Positions 58,639-64,000 of a stretch of DNA of 64,000 nucleotides are shown piece after piece. The position numbers and the translations under genes were made by a program. The stretch's first letter is position 1, and every line of letters begins with the position of its first letter. Below the pieces are notes generated by a model. The model was not told where the DNA came from. It ran no database searches and was given only the letters and a program-made list of their open reading frames with translations. The stretch is from Planctomycetota bacterium. Its GTDB lineage: Bacteria > Planctomycetota > Planctomycetia > Pirellulales > UBA7805. The stretch spans positions 136-64,135 of the forward strand of contig JAYZMM010000132.1 in assembly GCA_036153155.1 (NCBI GenBank), in the 5' to 3' direction.

Positions 58639-59721
58639 GTGTCTTCTATCGTCAATCCGCTGATTATCCTCACAAATTTTCATTCGCGCTTTACGGGCGT
58701 CTCGGCCACCATTTCAAATTTGGCGGAGCGGCATGATCAGCAGTATGACGTGGTTATCTTGGGCAAGCGTTTACCCGTCTCAACGCGGCAGATGGGTCGA
58801 TGGCAGCTTTTTCGTCTATTCAGGCAAAATGGTTATAAAAAAATTTCGATTTGGCATGCTCGGCGTAATTCAGAGATGCTATTCGGGATTATCGCAAAAT
58901 ACGTATTCCGTCTTCCGCTGAGATTGGTCTTCACAACCGTCGCGCTCCGTCGTCATTCCGTATTTCCTCGCTGGTTATTATCCAAAATGGATACGGTTAT
59001 CGCCACGACCCGTGAGGCCTCCCTTTATGTTGATCGGTGCGATGCGGTTATTCCTCATGGGATTGATACGAACGTATTTATGCCGCCGGAGGATAAGCAA
59101 AATGCTTGGCGGGAATCTGGTCTGCCTGGGAAATACGGGATTGGAATTTTCGGACGTGTTCGTGCCGAAAAGGGCACCGACTTATTTATCGAGGCGATGT
59201 GTCAATTGCTTCCCAAATATCCAGATTTTACAGCGATTGTTGCCGGGCATTGTAAGCCCCGAGATTTACCCTTCCTGGAAGCATTGAAAAAAAAGTTGTT
59301 TGACGCTGGTGTTGACGATCGCGTTATTTGGCTCGGTCAGGTATCGGCCGAAGAGAGACATAGATGGTTTCAGCGTATAGTACTTTGCGTCGCCCCGCCT
59401 CGTTACGAGGGTTTTGGTTTAACGCCCATCGAGGCAATGTCGTGCGGTGCCGCGGTCGTAGCCACGCGAACCGGTGTCTTTCCAACGCTGATTAACGAAG
59501 ATGAGACTGGTCATCTGGTCGACATCGGAGATACCAAAGCGTTAGTTGCTGCAATTGGGCATTGCCTGGCTGATCCCGATCAAACCATTCGCAAGGGAAA
59601 ATCAGGTCGACAGCACGTATGCAGTTACTACGACATTCGACAGGAAGCAACAGCCATTGAGGCGGTTTACGAAAAAATACTCATGGGTGATTCCTCACTA
59701 AAGGCGATCAAAAATGACTAG
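58639..59721 (+). CDS. Glycosyltransferase family 1 (GT4-type)
   Basis: GRVRAEKGTDLFIEAM and the E-x7-E region PPRYEGFGLTPIEAMSCGAAVVATRTG. GTG start. Confidence 0.85.
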   Translation: MSSIVNPLIILTNFHSRFTGVSATISNLAERHDQQYDVVILGKRLPVSTRQMGRWQLFRLFRQNGYKKISIWHARRNSEMLFGIIAKYVFRLPLRLVFTTVALRRHSVFPRWLLSKMDTVIATTREASLYVDRCDAVIPHGIDTNVFMPPEDKQNAWRESGLPGKYGIGIFGRVRAEKGTDLFIEAMCQLLPKYPDFTAIVAGHCKPRDLPFLEALKKKLFDAGVDDRVIWLGQVSAEERHRWFQRIVLCVAPPRYEGFGLTPIEAMSCGAAVVATRTGVFPTLINEDETGHLVDIGDTKALVAAIGHCLADPDQTIRKGKSGRQHVCSYYDIRQEATAIEAVYEKILMGDSSLKAIKND

Positions 59722-60574
59722 TACATCCACAGTTAGTTCGAGCACCCTGGTGCATCGCCGCGTGGCAGGGCAGCCTGCGGAGATACACCCCCCACGAGCC
59801 ACAATTTCAGCGGTTTTGATTACAAAAAATGAAGCAAGTCAGATCACACCTTGCCTCCGCAGTCTTACCGATTGGGTCGATGAGATTGTTGTTTTAGATT
59901 CGGGTAGCACGGACGCCACTTTGGATATTGCGAGGCAGTATGGGGCAAAAGTTTTTATCCGTGAAGATTGGGAGGGATTCGGAATCCAACGGCAACGGGC
60001 CCAAGATTTAGCGACCAGTGATTATATTCTGGCAATTGATGCCGACGAAAGAATTTCAGAGCAGTTGCGAGAAGCCATTGAATCCGTTTTGAAAAATCCC
60101 AACAAAAATTGCTTGTATCAGATTGTTCGGCAAAATGCCTTTCTCGATAAGGATGTTTTTCATAACGGCTGGCGACGAGAAAAAATAGTTCGGCTTTACG
60201 CGAAAAATAATTTTGGATTTAACTCCCGGGCGGTGCATGAATCAGTTGATTCAAAGGGAATACCAACAAAGACACTTGGTGGATTTTTAATCCATGATGC
60301 CTGCCGGAATTACGAATATTATCTGGAGAAACATCTAGCATACGCGCACTCTTGGGCGCGTGATCAGGCTAAATCTGGAAAATCTGCCAACTTGCTCAAC
60401 GCAATTTCTCATGGTCTGACCACCTTTGTAAGGCTCTATCTATTGCAAGGTGGGTTTTTAGATGGGCAGCATGGTTTGTTGTTTGCCTTTCATTTAAGTC
60501 AGTACTCTTTCAATAAATACGCGGCGCTCTGGTATTACAGCCGTCAGTTTCGGAGAGGAAAGAGCCTTCAATAG
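59714..60574 (+). CDS. Glycosyltransferase family 2 (WaaE/KdtX-like LPS core type)
   Basis: ISAVLITKNEASQITPCLRSLTDWVDEIVVLDSGSTDATLDIA, ILAIDADERISEQL. Overlaps the upstream gene by 8 nt (ATGACTAG). Paralogous to the N-terminal domain of 44945..46651. Confidence 0.88.
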   Translation: MTSTSTVSSSTLVHRRVAGQPAEIHPPRATISAVLITKNEASQITPCLRSLTDWVDEIVVLDSGSTDATLDIARQYGAKVFIREDWEGFGIQRQRAQDLATSDYILAIDADERISEQLREAIESVLKNPNKNCLYQIVRQNAFLDKDVFHNGWRREKIVRLYAKNNFGFNSRAVHESVDSKGIPTKTLGGFLIHDACRNYEYYLEKHLAYAHSWARDQAKSGKSANLLNAISHGLTTFVRLYLLQGGFLDGQHGLLFAFHLSQYSFNKYAALWYYSRQFRRGKSLQ

Positions 60575-60920
60575 TCGACCATGTTCAAGCGGTATTTTCA
60601 TCGTTTCGCTTTTTTTCTGCCGCGAGATTCGTTTCCAGATCGCCAGTCCCACATAGATTGAGCAGGTCTTTCTTGCCACACTTCGCCGCTCGACCGCGCA
60701 TGTGGTAGCACTGATATCAGCCCGCGACTCATCAATTTTGCGAGAACCAGGGGCCTGGGCGAACTTCTTGCTACGCAGGGGAGGGCCATGTGCAATCCGT
60801 CGAGTTCGTGAAAGGAATCACGTTGACTCCATTTGCCGATATCTGTAGCGTCTCCAGTCTCTCGAGACCCCCGATAGCTACCCTTTTTTAGGCCCATAAA
60901 GGCCGACCGGATATCCGACT

Positions 60921-62921
60921 ATGAAGAATCTTGGACGTGCTATTAAGCAGGCACTCCGCCAGCGGTTTACGATCCTTGGCATTATTCTGTCCTCCTTTGT
61001 GATTGCGCTATTTTGGGGTGTAAATATCGGTGCTGTGTATCCGTTTGTCGAAGTGATTATCCAGAACAAGTCGATGCACGATTGGGCACGCGATCGGATT
61101 ACCGAAAGTAAAGCAAATTGTCTCGCGATCGAGGAAAAGATAAAAAACCTCGAACAAAAAGTGCCCGATGCGTCTACCCAAAAAGAGCGGATTGCCATCG
61201 AAAACGAAGTCGCTCATCTTTCTTTACAGCATCAAGCTGAAGAAAAAGTAATCGTTGCTACAACGGATATGCAACCGTACATCGAACGTTTTCTACCCAA
61301 TGACCCATTTGAAACGCTCGTCGTTATCGCTGTTGGGCTAATCATCTGTACGATTATTAAGGATCTTTTTCTTGTTGCCAATCTATTGTTGGTTCAGCGT
61401 TTTTCCGAGCTGACAACACTGGGACTCCGGAATCAAGTTTTCCAGCACACAATGAAGATGGGGCTGGGCGTTTTCAATAAGGATCGAACCGGCGACTTGA
61501 TGAGTCGGTTCACGGGTGACATTGCGGTAATCGGCGGAGTGGTCTCGTTTCTTTTCGGCCGAGCTATGAGAGAGCCTTTGAAAGCAGTCGTTTGTTTGGC
61601 TGGTGCAATTTGGGTGAGTTGGCAACTGATGTTGTTTTCATTTGTTGTCGCACCCGTTGCTTTGTTTTTCACCTACACTCTCGCCAAGTCAATCAAGCGA
61701 GCAAATCGTCGCTTAATGGAAGAATCAAGTTCGCTGTTTCGCCGACTGCTTCAATCATTTGGTGGAATTTACGCGGTGAAGGCATACACGATGGAGCGGC
61801 AGGAAATTAATCGGTTTCGCCGTACAACCCGTGACGTGTATCGGAAGTCTATGAAAATCATGTTCTACCATGGCCTGACGAAATTCAGTGACGAAGTTCT
61901 GGGAATCTGCGTGGTCGCGATTTCGATACTTGCTGGCGGATATTTGGTGCTGAATAAAGAGACCCATATTTTCGGAATGGCGATGACAGAGCGCCCAATG
62001 AACCTGCCTTCCTTGCTGTTGTTTTATGGTTTTCTCATTGGTGCTAGTGATCCGCTGAGGAAAATGTCCGGCTTTGTAAACCAGATTCAGGCTGGATCTG
62101 CAGCAGCCGACCGTATTTTTCCGCTTTTGGATCGAGAGTCGCCGATCGTAGAAATAGAAAATCCCATTTCTGTCAAAGATATTCGCAAGCCCATTGTATT
62201 TAAAAACGTTTCTTTCTACTACGAAGAAAATGAGTGGGTGCTTAGAGATATCAACTTGAAGATCGACTGTGGAAAAACCTTGGCGATTGTCGGGCCAAAT
62301 GGATGCGGCAAGACGACCTTGATGAATATGATCCCGAGATTCTTTGATCCGATCGAGGGGCAAATATCATTGGGATACGATCCGCTTCGAGATCTTAGTA
62401 TTCAAGACCTTCGCCGTAAGATTAGCATCGTTACGCAGCAGACCATTCTATTTGATGATTCTGTGATGAATAACATTCGTTATGGTTCGCCCCGTGCCTC
62501 TGACGAGGATGTCATTCGTGCTGCAAAAAAAGCGCACGCACACGGATTTATTCTCGACAAACTTGAGCACGGGTATCAAACGAACGTGGGTGAGTCAGGC
62601 GGACGCCTTTCGGGCGGTCAGCGACAGCGTATCTCTTTGGCGAGGGCAATACTTCGCAACCCGCAAATTATGCTGTTGGATGAAGCGACCAGTCAAATTG
62701 ATCCTGAAAGTGAGCAACTCATTCACAATGCTTTGCAGCAATTTACGAAAGACCGAACAACAGTAATGATCACGCATCGTTTATCCACCTTGTCATTGGC
62801 CGACCAAATATTAGTCATGAATGAAGGAAAGATTGTTGATTTAGGAACACATGATCAATTGGCGTCGCGGTGCGAACTTTATCAGCGACTGTACCAACTT
62901 GGGCTGAAAGAATCTGCATGA
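60921..62921 (+). CDS. ABC exporter, fused TMD-NBD (MsbA-like lipid/LPS flippase) with enlarged TM1-TM2 loop
   Basis: Six-TM exporter domain. Walker A GPNGCGKTT, signature LSGGQRQRISLARA, Walker B MLLDEATSQID. 666 aa. Confidence 0.88.
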   Translation: MKNLGRAIKQALRQRFTILGIILSSFVIALFWGVNIGAVYPFVEVIIQNKSMHDWARDRITESKANCLAIEEKIKNLEQKVPDASTQKERIAIENEVAHLSLQHQAEEKVIVATTDMQPYIERFLPNDPFETLVVIAVGLIICTIIKDLFLVANLLLVQRFSELTTLGLRNQVFQHTMKMGLGVFNKDRTGDLMSRFTGDIAVIGGVVSFLFGRAMREPLKAVVCLAGAIWVSWQLMLFSFVVAPVALFFTYTLAKSIKRANRRLMEESSSLFRRLLQSFGGIYAVKAYTMERQEINRFRRTTRDVYRKSMKIMFYHGLTKFSDEVLGICVVAISILAGGYLVLNKETHIFGMAMTERPMNLPSLLLFYGFLIGASDPLRKMSGFVNQIQAGSAAADRIFPLLDRESPIVEIENPISVKDIRKPIVFKNVSFYYEENEWVLRDINLKIDCGKTLAIVGPNGCGKTTLMNMIPRFFDPIEGQISLGYDPLRDLSIQDLRRKISIVTQQTILFDDSVMNNIRYGSPRASDEDVIRAAKKAHAHGFILDKLEHGYQTNVGESGGRLSGGQRQRISLARAILRNPQIMLLDEATSQIDPESEQLIHNALQQFTKDRTTVMITHRLSTLSLADQILVMNEGKIVDLGTHDQLASRCELYQRLYQLGLKESA

Positions 62922-63008
62922 TGCAAGGAATATTGGGAAAATCATCAGAGGTTTTACAGGCCTGAAGGATTGAAAATCAGGTAAATCGGAATTGAAAGGG
63001 AGTGCACG

Positions 63009-63959
63009 GTGAACCTTTTGAAGGACAAAGTTGTTGTAGTGACCGGTGGCGCAGGTTTTCTCGGTCGTGAAGTCTGTCGGCAGGTCGAGGCTTGTGAGCC
63101 TAACTCCATCGTTGTGCCGCGTAGTAAGGCATATGACTTGCGGCACAGAGAAGCAATCGAACAACTTATGGCCGATAGCAACCCCGATATCGTTATCCAT
63201 CTTGCTGCCATTGTCGGTGGGATTGAGGCTAATCGCTTGAATCCAGGTAGATTTTTTTACGAGAATGCAATCATGGGCGTTGAATTAATCGAACAGGCAA
63301 GACGATTTGATGTGGAGAAATTTGTATCAATCGGGTCGATATGTGCCTATCCAAAATTTACCCCAGTACCGTTTCGTGAGGATGATATTTGGAATGGCTA
63401 TCCTGAAGAAACGAACGCTCCCTATGGACTCGCAAAAAAAATGTTGCTTGTACAATCGCAGGCATATCGGCAGCAATATAATATGAACGCCATCACGCTT
63501 TTCCCCGTCAATCTTTATGGACCGGGCGATAATTTTGATCTGCAATCAAGCCACGTGATTCCCGCACTCATTAGAAAAGTATGTGAGGCAATGCAGAGAG
63601 GGGAGAAACAAATAGAAGTTTGGGGGACTGGCGTGGCGTCGCGAGAATTTTTATATGTCGCGGACGCAGCCGAAGGAATTGTGAAAGCGACGCTCGATTA
63701 TGAGGATGCGGATCCCGTAAATCTTGGTTCGGGAACCGAAATTAGCATTCGGGAACTCGCAGAGATGATTTGCGAAATTTGTGGGTTCAGTGGAAAAATC
63801 GAATGGAATCACGACAAACCGGATGGTCAACCTCGCCGATGCCTGGACACAAACCGGGCAAAAGACTACTTCGGTTTCGAGGCGAAGACTGAATTACACG
63901 ACGGGATTCTAGAAACCGTCAATTGGTATCGGCAGCAAAGAAGCAACGTGGCTGCATAA
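63009..63959 (+). CDS. fcl: GDP-L-fucose synthase (GDP-4-keto-6-deoxymannose 3,5-epimerase/4-reductase)
   Basis: [39 protein letters not shown] (YxxxK), [48 protein letters not shown]. Confidence 0.85.
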   Translation: MNLLKDKVVVVTGGAGFLGREVCRQVEACEPNSIVVPRSKAYDLRHREAIEQLMADSNPDIVIHLAAIVGGIEANRLNPGRFFYENAIMGVELIEQARRFDVEKFVSIGSICAYPKFTPVPFREDDIWNGYPEETNAPYGLAKKMLLVQSQAYRQQYNMNAITLFPVNLYGPGDNFDLQSSHVIPALIRKVCEAMQRGEKQIEVWGTGVASREFLYVADAAEGIVKATLDYEDADPVNLGSGTEISIRELAEMICEICGFSGKIEWNHDKPDGQPRRCLDTNRAKDYFGFEAKTELHDGILETVNWYRQQRSNVAA

Positions 63960-64000
63960 CTGGAATTTTTCACAGCGAATCAAAAAGCTGTGGTGCCTAA

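Noticed and set aside
60598-60897. 99-codon minus-strand ORF between the GT2 and MsbA-like genes
   Set aside because: Low-complexity basic product with no motif. Not called as a gene; the gap is reported as a low-interest finding.
61755-62363. 202-codon minus-strand ORF inside the MsbA-like gene
   Set aside because: It is antisense to a gene with unambiguous ABC motifs. The product is low-complexity and basic.
1-64000. Mobile elements, prophage, CRISPR arrays, tRNA/rRNA/tmRNA/RNase P/SRP RNA
   Set aside because: I looked for transposase/integrase-like translations, regularly spaced repeats, T-loop GGTTCGAATCC-type motifs and conserved RNase P/SRP cores, and found none. This was by eye only, so tRNAscan and Infernal should confirm it.

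Overview
This 64-kb window looks like a Planctomycetota-type chromosome. That guess rests on gene content: DUF1080 and DUF1570-like proteins, a PEGA lipoprotein, an ECF sigma paired with a Ser/Thr kinase, long spacers and many GTG/TTG starts. I call about 52 protein-coding genes on both strands. Housekeeping genes are scattered singly rather than in pathway operons (queF, trpD, trmB, purF, proB, sppA, lexA, clpC, thiE, a glgP-like phosphorylase, cysC, glyA). They are interleaved with cell-envelope functions: an FtsX-type permease, HtrA, one LptF/G-family permease and an MlaFED-like operon. There are also two LPS/glycan loci, containing a GT9 heptosyltransferase, GT1/GT4 enzymes, WaaE-like GT2 paralogues, a GT2-methyltransferase fusion, a radical SAM enzyme, an MsbA-like exporter and GDP-fucose synthase. 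Signalling genes are a sigma54-type NtrC/histidine kinase pair, a translationally coupled ECF sigma and transmembrane Ser/Thr kinase, a membrane PP2C phosphatase and an orphan receiver. I recognised no rRNA, tRNA, CRISPR array, transposase, integrase or phage genes. The four items most worth a second look are: (1) a 32-codon, extremely basic ORF at 10203..10301, below the ORF-track cut-off, abutting a FabZ-like gene and resembling ribosomal protein bL37; (2) the ECF sigma/kinase module with no anti-sigma gene; (3) a divergent radical SAM / GT2-methyltransferase pair inside an LPS-core locus; (4) a repeat-dense 580-bp sppA/lexA spacer. All calls come from reading motifs in the translations and the DNA by eye. 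No database search or computation was possible, so family names are motif-level assignments.
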